From Malacoraja senta (taxonomy: Eukaryota), in NCBI GenBank assembly GCA_038087875.1, contig JAXLNO010004831.1:62001-126000 (forward strand): a stretch of 64,000 nucleotides of DNA. The letters run 5' to 3'. Below are positions 37,600 through 49,570 of the stretch, piece after piece. Position 1 is the first letter of the stretch, and every line of letters starts with the position of its first letter. Both the position numbers and the translations under genes were made by a program. The notes beneath the pieces are model-generated. The model was not told the DNA's origin. It made no database searches and was given only the letters and a program-made list of their open reading frames with translations.

Positions 37600-39575
37600 T
37601 TAAGGCTAAAGGAATCAAGGGATATGGGGGAAAAGATTAGTTAAAACAAATGTAGGTCCCTTGCAGTCAGAAACAGGGGAATTGATCATGGGGAACAAGA
37701 ACATGGCAGACCAATTGAATAACTACTTTGGTTCTGTCTTCACTAAGGAAGACTTAATTAACTGCCGGAAATAGCAGGGGGCCGGGGGTCAAATGAGATG
37801 GAGGAACTGAGTGAAATCCAGGTTAGCCAGGAAGTGGTGTTAGGTAAATTGAATGGATTAAAGGCTGATAAATACCCAGGGCCAGATAGGCTGCATCCCG
37901 GAGTACTTAAGGAAGTAGCCCCAGAAATAGTGGATGCATTAGTGATAATTTTTCAAAACTCTTTAGATTCTGGAGTAGTTCCTGAGGATTGGAGGGTAGC
38001 TAATGTAACCCCACTTTTTAAAAAGGGAGGGAGAGAGAAAACGGGGAATTACAGACCAGTTAGTCTAACGTCAGTAGTGGGGAAACTGCTAGAGTCATTT
38101 ATTAAAGATGGGATAGCAGCACATTAGGACAATGGTGAAATCATTGGACAAAGTCAGCATGGATTTATGAAAGGTAAATCATGTCTGACGAATCTTATAG
38201 AATTTTTCGAGTATGTAACTAGTAGAGTGGATAAGGGAGAACCAGTGGATGTATTATATCTGGACTTTCAGAAGACTTTCGACAAGGTCCCACATAAGAG
38301 ATTAATATACAAACTTAAAGCACACGGTTATGGGGGTTCAGTATTGATGTGGATAGAGAACTGGCTGGCAGACAGGAAGCAAAGAGTAGGAGTAAACTGG
38401 TCCTTTTCAGAATCGCAGCAGTGACTAGTGGGGTACCGCAAGGCTCAGTGCTGGGACCCCCAGCTATTTACAATATATATTAATGATTTGGACGAGGGAA
38501 TTGAATGCAACATCTCCAAGTTTGCGGATGACACGAAGCTGGGGGGCAGTGTTAGCTGTGAGGAGGGTGCTAGGAGGCTGCAAGGTGACTTGGATAGGCT
38601 GGGTGAGTGGGCAAATGCATGGCAGGTGCAGTATAATGTGGATAAATGTGTGCTTATCCACTTTGGTGGCAAAAACAGGAAAGTAGACTATTACCTGAAT
38701 GGTGGCCGATTAGGAAAAGGGGAAATGCAACGAGACCTGGCTGTCATGGTACACCAGTCATTGAAAGTAGGCATGCAGGTGCAGCAGGCAGTGAAGAAAG
38801 CGAATGGTATGTTAGCATTCATAGCAAAAGGATTTGAGTATAGGAGCAGGGAGGTTCTACTGCAGTTGTTCAGGGTCTTGGTGAGACCACACCTGGAGTA
38901 TTGCCTACAGTTTTGGTCTCCTAATCTGAGGAAGGACATTCTTGCCATAGAGGGAGTACAGAGAAGGTTCACCAGACTGATGCCTGGGATGTCAGGACTT
39001 TCATATGAAGAAAGACTGGATAGACTCGACTTGTACTCGCTAGAATTTAGAAGATTGAGGGGGGATCTTATAGAAACTTACAAAATTCTTAAGGGGTTGG
39101 ACAGGCTAGATGCAGGAAGATTGTTCCCGACGTTGGGGAAGTCCAGAACAAGGGGTCACAGTTTAAGGATAAAGGGAAATCTTTTAGGACTGAGATGAGA
39201 AAACATTTTTTACACAGAGAGTGGTGATTCTCTGGAATTCTCTGCCACAGAATGTAGTTGAGGCCCGTTCATTGGCTATATTTAAGAGGGAGTTAGATGT
39301 GGCCCTTGTGGCTAAAGGGATCAGGGGGTATGGAGAGAATGGGGTACAGGATACTGAGTTGGATGATCAGTCATGATCATATTGAATGGCGGTGCAGGCT
39401 CGAAGGGCCGAATGGCCTACTCCTGCACTTATTTTCTGTGTGTCTATGTTTCTAAATGCAGGAATGGGGTACTGATTCTAGATGCAGGCATGATAATATT
39501 GACTGGCGGTGCTGGCTCAAATGGCCGAATGGCCTACTCCTGTGCCTATTTTTCTATCTTTCTATAATTAGTATA
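37600..39575 (+). mobile_element. CR1 LINE, ~2-kb 3' portion with a doubled 3' end
   Basis: PGPDRLHPGVLKE, NYRPVSLTSVVGKLLE, YLDFQKTFDKVPH, FTIYINDLD, KFADDTKLGG. The tail motif GAATGGCCTACTCCTG occurs twice (~39410 and ~39530). Confidence 0.93.
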
Positions 39576-40223
39576 CATTTCGGCTATTTGTGGTGTTTCT
39601 TGAAAACACGAAGACGAGAGAATGTAAAGGATCTGCAGAACAACTGAGAGACTGCAGAAAGCAGCTTGAAAAGAAGGCTCTTCATCTATAAAACATAATT
39701 ATTTTTTATTCAGCTATCATTGTTTGTAGAGTTTCTTATTGGAATGAAAACATCATCCAAGTTTGAACCTTCCTTATTACGCCTGGTCCCAGGGGCATGG
39801 TTGGCATTAGCTCATTACCTTCATCCTAATAAAGGGTTGGTGTTCACAGTTGTGCCTAGGTTTTTATCAATTATAACCTTGAGTTCACAAACTGTTCTTT
39901 GTCTCTGGGCTAAAGTTCACAGACTCTCCTTTTCAAGGAGTGAGCAGTTTTAAGCAAACTGACCAGCAAATCCTTACAAATTCCATCACCCCCCCCCCCC
40001 CCACTTTGATTCATCAACCAATGCCAGAGTGAATGAATCATCTAAGTAAAGGGGCCTGTCCCACATACGTGTCCTTGGCCGCGATGGTCCGGGATGGTCC
40101 GGCGAAGGTCGGGCGCGATTACATGCGTACGCACAGCCGTCTGGAGCACGTGACATAATTTGAAGATTGACACAAAGCTGGAGTAACTCAGCGGGATCGG
40201 CAGCATCTCTGGAGAGAAGGAAT

Positions 40224-40257
40224 GGTTGACGTTTCGTGTCGAGACTCTTCTTCAGTC
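40224..40257 (-). ncRNA. Minimal hammerhead ribozyme motif (second well-preserved core)
   Basis: Minus strand CUGAAGA-A-GAGUC-UC-GACAC-GAAA-C-GUC-AAC: intact core, palindromic ACGU stem III, one stem II mismatch. Confidence 0.6.
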
Positions 40258-40486
40258 TGAAAAGAAGGGTCTTGACCCGAAACATCACCCATTGCTTCTC
40301 TCCAGAGATGCTGCCGGTCCCGCTGAGTTACTCCTGCATTTCGTGTCTATCTTCAATTTTCTTGGCCCCGCTCTTTTTTTTTTTTTTTTTTCCGTAAATG
40401 TTTTTTTTAATTAGATTTTTAAACAAATGTACAATTTACAAGGAAGGGTAGAAAGCTCACACAATTTAAAAAACATTTACACAAAA

Positions 40487-43400
40487 TTAACAAATTAAAA
40501 TATTAACATTTTTATCTATAATATATTCAACCTCCTGCGGTGACCAGCGTTCACAGAAGGCCTCCACAGTCCCCGTGAACACCGCGTGTTCCCTCTCTAG
40601 GGATACGCGGGCACGGACGTAACCCCGGAAAAGGGGCAGGCAGCCGACCGCTGTGCGGCCATCGACCGCCCGCTGCCTGGACCCGCGAATGGCCATCTTG
40701 GCCAGGCCCAGGAGCAGTCCGACAGGGAGACCCCCTCCTCCCTCCCGACCCTCCCCCCTCTGTACCGGGTGCCCATAGATTAATAGCGTTGGACTAAAAT
40801 GTAGCCAAAACTTGAGGAGCAGCCCTTTCAGATACTCGAACAGGGGCTGCAACCTCTCGCACTCTATATACACGTGGAACACAGTCTCTTCCTCACCGCA
40901 GAAATGACACGCAGGGGAAGAGTCCGTGAACCGGCTCAAGTACCTATTACAGGCCACGGCTTTGTGCAAAACTCTCCACCCCGGGTCCCCGATGTAAAGG
41001 GGGAGGACTCCCTTGTAGAGAGACCTCCACTGGGGACCGCTCCCCTCGTCAGGTGGTAACACGGACCGCCAGGGTGTGTCTGAACGGAAGACGAGGGCGA
41101 GGAAGTGGAGAGTGTGCAAGAGCAGCCTGTACAGTACGCGCCTCTCCGCGCCACGGAATGGCACACTGGGCATCTCAGAAAGGCGGCTCATGTTGCATGG
41201 GGCCGGCTCTCGGGGAGGGTCCCGGGCCATGGGCCCTATGAACAATTCCGACTGAGCGGGGGTAAGCTCGTCCGGAATCGCTCCATGCACACGCCTCTCC
41301 TCGACACCCACCGTCACAGCCACGACACCCCCCTCCCCCTGAGGAGCAGGGCCCTGGCTGAAGGTGACCAACTTCCTGGCCTTCAGGAGTTCACGGTAAA
41401 AGCCAGGCAACTCCCGCCTAGCGCGTCGACTCATGCCCGCTACCGGGAGCCGGGAGCACCCCTGAAGGCACCGTCCCTGACGGAAAAAGTACGTCGCCAG
41501 CACGTGCCATTTAGGAGGGTAGTCCGAGTAGACGTACCTCCGCAGGGTCCTGAGTCGGTGAGCCGCCACCTGGGTATGAATACAGACCAGCGCCTGACCA
41601 CCCTCCTCCAACGGGAGACTCAGAACCCCAGCAGAGACCCAGTGGTTCCTCTCCCCCCAGAAGAAGTTGACCAATCTCCTCTGTAACATGGTTATAAAAT
41701 AGGAGGATGGGACCATAGTGGCCATCCGGTACCACAGCAGAGAGGCCACCAGCTGGTTTATAACTACATCCGTGCCCCGGTAAGAGAGCACACCAAGTAG
41801 GCCTGACCAACGTCCCAGCCGGGCGACCACTTTCGCCTCCAGCTCCTGCCAGTTCGCCGGCCACCCCTCCTCAGCGGGACTCAGGTAGACCCCCAGATAG
41901 AGGAGGTGCGTGGTACTCCACGCAAAACCTGCCATCTCCTCCAGCAGGGAGTCCACCTGCCACCCACCCATCAAGAGACCAGAACACTTCCCCCAGTTGA
42001 TCCTGGCGGAAGATGCAGCCGAGAAAACCTGCTGGCACTCACGCATCCTCCGCAGGTCACCAGGGTCGGTGAACATCAGAAGGACATCATCGGCGTAGGC
42101 CGAGAGAACCACCTCCATCCCCGGCCCCGGTAAAGCCAGGCCTGTCAACCGCGAAGGCACAGGAAAGGCTCGACACAGATGGAATACAGCTGGCCGGACA
42201 TGGGACATCCCTGACGAACCCCCCTCCCAAAGGGAATGGGGGCCAACAAAGAGCCGTTGACCTTAACAAGGCATTCTGCAGCAGTATATAAAAGTCGGAC
42301 CCAGGCCACAAAATGCGGTCCCAATCCGAACGCCTGCAGAGTCCCAAGAAGGTAGTCGTGCTCCACCCTGTCAAACGCCTTCTCCTGGTCGAGGGGGAGA
42401 AAGGCGACCGACTGACCAGCCCCCTGGGACAGATGGATCAGGTCCCGGAGCAGATGGATATTGTCCTGGATGGACCGGCCCGGGACTGCGTACGACTGGT
42501 CAGGGTGGATCACCTGGGACAGCAAGGGACCCAGGCGATTCGCCAATGCCCGTGCAAAGACTTTATAGTCCGTGCTGAGGAGAGAGACCGGGCGCCAGTT
42601 CTTCAAAAGGCGAAGATCGCCCTTCTTGGGCAGCAGGACAACAACTGCCCTGCGCCCAAGAGAAAGGCATCTCCCCGGTCGCCAGGTTCTCCCCCAAGAC
42701 CTTCATTTAGTCGCCCCCCAGGACATCCCAGAAGGCTCTAAGGTACTCCACAGTCAGCCCATCCAGCCCTGGAGACTTGCCCCTCCTAAGCTGGTGCAGG
42801 GCAACAGTCAACTCCTCCAGAGTTAGGGGATCATCCAGGTGTTCAGCCACATCATTGCACACAGCGGGTAAGCCCTCCACTGGACTTCTTGCGCCTCCCC
42901 ACTCGATGTGCCAGCCGAGAACAGAGTCCTGTAGAACGACCGAACTGAGGCACCAATGCTCTCTGGATCTGTGACAGAGGAACCATCCTCCGCAAGCAAC
43001 TCTACAAGCTGCCTGCTGGCTCCTCGCCCCTTCTCCAGAGAAAAAAAAAGGGGGAGGCGCGGTCCAGGTCGTGCAACATCTGGACCCGCGACCTCACATA
43101 CGCACCCCGGGACCTCCTAAGCTGCAAGTCCCTCAGTGCTCCCTTCTTCTCCTGGTATTCCTCCCACTCACACGAAGCCCCACCAGTCTGATCCAGGCGA
43201 GCCTCCGAGTCGAGCAACTCTCTCTCAAGCCGTCCGATCTCGGATTCCCGCCCCTTGGTCGACCCCCTCGCATAGTCCTGGCAAAACTGACGGACGTAGA
43301 CCTTCCCCACGTCCCACCACTGCCTTAGGGAAAGGAAACGCCGCTGCCTCTCTCTCCACCTCGCCCAGAACTGCCTGAATGAATCCCGGAATCGGCAATC

Positions 43401-44158
43401 CTCCAACAGCTGGCTATTATAATGCCAGTACGCGGACCCTGCCCGTGCGCGCGCTGGGATAAAGTCCACTCGCACCAGGCAATGGTCCGAGCATGGCGCC
43501 GGCTGCATGGAGGCCGCCGAAACACAGGAGACATAGGCCTTGGACACGTATAAATGATCAATACGGGAACCACCACCCTCAAACCTGTACGAGAAGGCGT
43601 TAGAGTCAGGATGGAAATTCCGCCATGCATCTACCAGCTCAAAAGAGTCCACCATCTCCCTCAAAGTCTTCACTGCTCCCGGGTCACGCTGAACGCCAGA
43701 GCGATCTCTTGTCTCGAGGGCACAATTAAAATCTCCCCCAAGGAAAACACACTCCCCACGGTCGATAGTGTTCAACAACGTGGTCACTTCCCTTGTTAAG
43801 CGCGTCTGCATTGCGCCGATCTTGGAGGCGTACACATTAACGAAGTGTAATGGCACACCATCCAAGCGCACGGCCAGATACAGCAAACGGCCTGGTACAA
43901 CCCTCTGCACTTTGAGGATCTCCGGCTGGAAAGACGGGGCCAACAGGAAGGCTACTCCACTCGATTTGGAGCTGAGATGACTCATGTAGACCCCCCTTCC
44001 CACTCCAGGAGCCATGTGGGTTCATCACTAGCCACAGTGTGTGTTTCCTGCAGGAAGCTCACCGCATACCTCCCGTCCCTGAGTACTGAGAGATGGTGAA
44101 ACCTACGGAGAGACCCCCTGCCCCCATTGATATTCAGGCTGGCTATAGTGAGCTTCAT
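40487..44158 (-). pseudogene. Tx1 ORF2 (AP endonuclease + reverse transcriptase), disrupted
   Basis: MKLTIASLNING (ATG overlaps the ORF1 TGA), FLQETH, GGDFNC, RIDHLY, SDH (APE). KSPGLDG, NWRPVSLL, LDQEKAFDRV, GVRQGCPMS, AYADD (RT). Several frameshifts and at least one in-frame stop near 42710. Confidence 0.9.
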
Positions 44159-46255
44159 TTTGAAAGTACACTAGATCTTTTACCCGTCCCCGGTGATGGA
44201 TTGGAGCCTACCCTACCCTTCTTCCCTCTCTTTAGGGCCTTAAAAAGCTCTTGGAACTGGCGCCTCTCATTTCTTACTAGCCCCGCCTCATTCCCCTTCT
44301 TCTGAAGGATGGCATGAATGGACTGCATGGGCGCCATCAGGTCCGACCAGCGGTCAACAGCCAAATCCACCTTGTTCCTACTCCCTCTAGTTTCCTTTAA
44401 GAACTTCCGAAGTTCCCAGACTTCGACAAGTCGAGACACGGGGCCGCGGGTGGAGCAGTCGGTCAACTCACTGTCAACGGACTCCGCGTACCCTTCCTCC
44501 TCGCACTCAATGTCCGAGCCCGAGTCCAGAAGGTTACTACTCTCAGCCGCCTCGCTCACCCCTCCCTGTGAGGTGGGCATTCCAGCCACATCACACAGTC
44601 CCTCCTCTGTCACCATCCCACCCCCAGGATCAGTGACAGGGGCAGGTACCAGTGCCTCTGACCGCGGCAAACTATCTGACAATTTGCCAGTCTCCTGCAC
44701 GCTCCCATCGCCCTCTGTAACCGGATTGGGAACAGTGAAGTCAGAGCAAGTCTCCGGGCCTTGCTGTAAGCGGGTCTGTCTGGAGTCCGACCTAAGGACA
44801 CGATCCAAAATGATCTTGCCCTCCTCCGCACCCAGGGTATCCGCCCCTGCACCGTCACCCAGAGAGTCCCCGTCCCCCACCACCAGGTGAATCACCCCAC
44901 TGTGGCCCTCAGGGGCCGATGTTACTGGAGTCTCCCCTGCTCCCTGAACCAGTGGGGCATCACACCCCTCAACTGGGCTTGTAGCCTCAACGGGGAGCTC
45001 ATGTTGGGGACCCACCCCCTCACCCAAGTCCCCCCCTTCAGGCTGCCCCTGGTCATCCACTAAGCTAGCAGACGTGTTTTCTGGGGGAACAGCCCCCAAG
45101 AGCAATATATCTCCACTCTCAGGTGGTCCCAGACCTACAGAGGCATCCTCCCCCTCAGAGGAAACGTGCCCTGGGTACCCCACCTCAACAGGAGGGGAAG
45201 GCTCCCCTTCAGGTTGCCCCTGAACTTCAGTGCCCTTCTCTGTATCGGAGGACCCATGCCTCCTCCTCTTCGTAGCACTGGCGTACGGTGGTACGGTGAG
45301 CTCCATTGCAGAAGCCTCTACCTCCACACTACCGTCTATCTCAGAGGCTAGCATGAAATTATCTGCTGCCTGGGGTCCCGCTTGGAGGTGATCATCTTCT
45401 AGGGGATCAGCCTGGAGATGTTTCTTCTTTTTCTTGACTTTCCTCCCCTGCTGATGCTCCCAAACCTTCCCATCCACCCTACGCACTTCTCCGGCATCCA
45501 CCGCCACAGGTACGGGACATGGGGGTGGTGGGGGGATAGGGGTTGGGGGTAGGGGAGTAAAGCCTTCACGGGCCACCGTGTTAAAACCAGCAGCCCCAGA
45601 TGGGCCAGTTGTGCTTTCCCGTGCCATCGTGGTGGAACTGGCAGCCCGGGTCCTGGGACAATTCTTGCGAAAATGCCCCACCTTTTTGCAAGCGTGACAA
45701 CGCACTTGGCCCGCATTTCAGAACACGCGATAGGAGAAATCATCCACCTCCACCTCAAAACTCCCCTCCGTGTCCGTCCCCTGTGCCAACTGTATATACA
45801 CGCGACGCTTGAACGTATATATATGCTGCATCTCAGGATCGTCAAACCTGTACAACAGTTTGGTGAGCCCTGACCGCACCTCCCCCAGCTTCCTTACATG
45901 TGGGAGCAGGAGCGCATCCGGAACAAAAGTGGGAACGTTGGACAGAATGACCGGCAAAACGGGACCCCCCCATGGGACCACCGCCGCAAAACCCCCCTGC
46001 TGTTACCCCCCTTTCCAGAGCCAGAGCCACCGCCTGTTCAGTCTTTAGTAGAACCACAACCTTCCCACTGACCACCGCGCCCGAGACTATGGCTTTCTTG
46101 CCAACAGTCTCACCCAACGCATCTAGAAAGGCCTTTAAGGGCAGGTTGCTCTGTATGTACATTTTTACACCATATGTGCGCCCCATCAACTCGTGGCCCT
46201 CAGTCTCGGAGACTGCCGACCGTGCAACAGCTGCATAACTCTGAGGGGCCGCCAT
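44155..46255 (-). pseudogene. Tx1 ORF1 (gag-like, CHACKKVGHFRKNC zinc knuckle), frameshifted
   Basis: Starts MAAPQSYAAVAR at 46255 and continues through ORF-track segments 45718-45981 and 44155-45705. C-X2-C-X4-H-X4-C knuckle followed by a long low-complexity acidic/proline region. Confidence 0.85.
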
Positions 46256-47569
46256 CTTTAGGGCGTGGCACAACACACAAAGTACCAGTAGTTTATATCC
46301 AAAGCAGTCTTTCTGCTGTTGCTGCACCTCCACTCTTTTGCAGCAGTTAAATAGTCTTGTGAAGGCTTTCTTGGTAAGCAACAGAAGCAGTCTCCTCCTG
46401 ATAAGATAGGAATGTCCGTGCCAATCCTCCCCGTCGTCAAAAATGGAGCTTCCTTATGCTTCTTCCCCAGGCCTCCGGCGCCTCCCCGGCTTCAACGAAA
46501 TCCAAGGCACTGTTGCCGTTCTTACCCAGCCCACCTGGACCGGGCAAGTCGGTGTAGGAGGGAGCTTTCCGATGTTACTGACCACAAACACCACTCTAGA
46601 CTCAGCTCCCACTCGTTCAAGTGCAACTTGGCCTTCCGCCAGCCACTGCCGCTCCTACGACTTTACAGATACACGGACAAATCCTCCCTAATTAGAGGAA
46701 TCTTTGAACAAAGAAAGTCTCTGCAGATCGACAAAACTCTGAACTGCAAAGTCTGACTGCTTTTGTTTCTCCCCGCCAAACAAAACCTTCCGAAAAGTTC
46801 ATCAAATCCTCCCCGCCAGCAGAACAGCTCCTCACCTGGCCCCGCTCTGGGAGTAGAAGTGGGGGCGGATCTGGACCACAACGGCCGTGAGCCCCAGGCC
46901 GAGCTCGGCGATCGTTTGCCTGCTTCTGCTGTTGTTGGAGGTGAGACGTTGCGTCGCGCCAGGGCCTTGGGCCTGTCCCACTTTGGCCGTCAGTTCCGCG
47001 ACAGGCCGTTGGCGCGCGAAGATTTCGTTCACTACAAAATTATTGGAGCCCCGCGCAATGTCGCGCACAACTACATACCCCTCCGCGCTTCTCAGTGAGA
47101 CCGGTCCCGCGCGGCCATACAGTGTCCGTGAGCCTCAACGCGACCACGAGGTCACATAATTTGTGTGCCAAGGACAAGTAAGTGGGACAGGCCCTTAAAA
47201 ATACAAAGGAAGGGTAGCGCAGCTACACATCACTGGATATCTTTAACCTGTTCAATCACTGGGTATCTTTAACCTGTTCAATGCCAACGCCGAGTACACT
47301 AGGGATCATGACCAATAGTGAAAAATAAACTTGGCAGTGAACAGCTTAATGGTCTCCATATTTTATAGAAAGCCTTCAATGCCCATGAGGGGTGAGCCTT
47401 ATTATATCTATGTTTCTCTAAATATAGGAAGCACTTTTGTGGTAAAAGATGGGGCAGCTCGGGCCTCGAAAAGATCCAACCTTATGTGTAGCTTTACATT
47501 TGTTTATATGCAATAAGCAAAAAGAACACAATAGAAGATAAAACATGATAATAACTATAAGCAAAGCCA

Positions 47570-47777
47570 AAAGATCGTGGCCTTACACGAGTTGCTGCCT
47601 TGCAGCACCAGAGACCAGGGTTTGAACCTGACTATGAGTGGTGACTGTACGGAGTTTGCATGTTCTCCCCGTAACCTGTGTGGCTTTTCTCTGAGATGTA
47701 GGTAAATTGGCTTGGTATAATTGTAAATTGTCCCTAGTATGGGCTGAAGGGCCTGTTTCAGCAATGTATCTCCAAAG
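47570..47777 (+). mobile_element. tRNA-derived SINE whose 3' tail is the hAT insertion site
   Basis: Ends GGGCCTGTTTCAGCAATGTATCT-CCAAAG, then the TIR; the tail resumes CTCTAAAGCTTAAAACTAAA at 51927. Confidence 0.8.
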
Positions 47778-48211
47778 CAGTGGTTCTTAACCTGGGGGTC
47801 GTGACCCCCATGGGGGTCATTTGGGGGTTTTCCAGGGGTCATGAAGGGGTTGTAAAGAACATCAATTTGTTGAGCCTATTTTGAGGAACCTAACAAAGGT
47901 ACATACCACACACAGTATTTTGTTCACGAATGCGCGTACGTATACACAGGGCCTATGAGAGGGGGTTGCAGGGGGTACATCGTACCCGGGCCCAGAGTCC
48001 AATAGGAGCCCGGGAGCTGAAGGAGGGGGGGCGGGAATTTCGTGAAATCTCAGAAAATGTTTGCATATATTTTGTGAAGACAAGCATTTACATTTTGTGC
48101 CTTCAGAGTTTTATATATCGTAATTCGTAGAAATTGTGATCCATAATATAGCAGGAAATTTTAACTGGCGGGTGTGTGGTCGGGGTAACCTGATTAAAAG
48201 AGAGGGAAGGG

Positions 48212-48378
48212 GATGGATCTTCCCTGTAGGAGGAGGGAGAGCACGAGGACCCAACAGAGTCATCACTACTGATGGATCTTCCCTGTAGGAGAAGGAGGGG
48301 GGAGAGCCCTAGGACCCAGCAGAGTCATCACTACTGATGGGTCTTCCCTGTAGGAGGGGGGGAGCACTAGGAGCCAGC
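48212..48378. repeat. ~60-bp tandem repeat, ~2.7 copies, inside the nested hAT
   Basis: GATGG(A/G)TCTTCCCTGTAGGAG...AGAGTCATCACTACT units start at 48212, 48271 and 48336. Confidence 0.85.
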
Positions 48379-48789
48379 AATTATACCATGTGCTGTCTGC
48401 ATGGTTTAGGTTGTGGGCCTGGTGCTATGCTGGGAATTCTGGTGAGGTGACGGCTCTGGCCCGCTGGTGGCCGGTGGAGAGGCGAGGGTCGGCAGAGTCG
48501 CTGGTGGAGGCCCGTGGGGAGCTGGAGTAGAGATATGGGCAGCAGCATCATTGGCTTTCTGAAGACAGTGAAGGTCGGCGACAGTGGTTGCGGTGGCCTC
48601 GCCCGGGGAGGTGGTGAGAGTCAGGAGCCGCGGCTGTTTCAGTGGTCCGGGCCTGGGTTTGGATCAGTGTGTGGATGGGTGGGTGTGAGTGAGTGGGTGA
48701 GGGTGTGTGTGTGTGTGTGGATGTATGTGAGTAGGTGAGTGTATGTGTGTGTTAGTGGAAGGGTGAATTTTATAAATGAAGTTAAATCC

Positions 48790-49570
48790 ATTAGATCTGT
48801 TGAACTTGTTAACAGACTATTGACTTGGTATCCTGTTTCCAAATGTTTGTGTTACCTTCAGAATACTATTAACAATTCCAGCAACAGTAGCTTCTGCAGA
48901 GATCATTTAGCAAACTCAAGCTGATTAAGAATTATTTAAGGTCGACAATGTCTCATGAACGTCTTGTGGATTTGGCCAGGCTAAGTATTCAAAGTCAAAG
49001 TCAGTTTTATTCATCACATACACCCGAAGGTGCAGTGAAATGAATTTGCCAGCAGTGATACACGTAAAAAGAACACACAATACACAATAAAATTGAACAC
49101 AAACATCCACTACAACATTCTTCACTGTGGTGGAAGGCAACAAGTTTCAGCCAGTCCTCCTCCTTTGTTCACCCGTGTTCGGGGCCATAACCCCTCCGTA
49201 GTCGCATCTAGGGACGGCCCGATCATCTCGTTTGGATCATCTCGTTGGGATGATCCAAACTCCGACGTTGGGACGGACAAACACACTCTGCGGCTTGGAG
49301 GTCCCGACTCGGCACTTTCCTACTGGAGACCGCAGCTTCAGGATGTTATAGGCCGCAGGCCAGCGGTTCGAGCTCGTCTCTGGTGATCCCCGGCAAGGGA
49401 TCCCAGACTCCGGATGGTAAGTCCACGCCACGCCCGCGGCTAGAAGCTCCGCAGACCACAGCTCCACGGTGTCAACGTATTGAATCAATAGTATCGAATC
49501 AAACATTGCCAGAACAATACATTTTCATGCTGTGATTTGACATTTTTCACAAAAAAGGCCAGGAAACCTC
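48790..49570 (+). pseudogene. C-terminal hAT dimerisation-domain remnant (ZMYM1-like), split by an insertion
   Basis: LFPNVCVTFRILLTIPATVASAE(R)SFSKLKLIKNYLRSTMSHERLVDLARLSI, then insertion ~48989-49489, then SIESNIARTIHFHAVI*HFSQKKARK. Not captured in the ORF track. Confidence 0.8.
48989..49489 (-). mobile_element. Non-autonomous SINE-like retroposon with a LINE-type 3' tail (relatives at ~52020-52735 and ~58215-58710)
   Basis: Tail AATAAAACTGACTTTGACTTTG on the minus strand. All three copies share CATTC(T/C)TCACTGTG(G/A)T(G/A)GAAGGC and GATGGTAAGTCC motifs. Confidence 0.6.

Larger units (their letters stand above)
40375..46836 (-). mobile_element. Full-length Tx1-clade (L1 group) non-LTR retrotransposon, ~6.46 kb
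   Basis: Poly(A) tail (T run at 40374-40391). TSD TGGCCCCGCTCT at 40363-40374 and 46837-46848. ORF1 carries a CCHC knuckle; ORF2 has APE, RT and a C-terminal CHFCGEEETVFH motif. Confidence 0.93.
40050..47195. mobile_element. PIF/Harbinger-type MITE interrupted by a Penelope terminal-repeat pair and the Tx1 element
   Basis: ~27-bp TIRs GGCCTGTCCCACATACGTGTCCTTGGC and GCCAAGGACAAGTAAGTGGGACAGGCC, flanked by TAA (40047-40049 and 47196-47198). TWA TSDs are typical of PIF/Harbinger. Confidence 0.7.

Noticed and set aside
41105-44890. Long plus-strand ORFs (41105-41686, 42313-42741, 44318-44890)
   Set aside because: Antisense shadows of the GC-rich Tx1 coding sequence.
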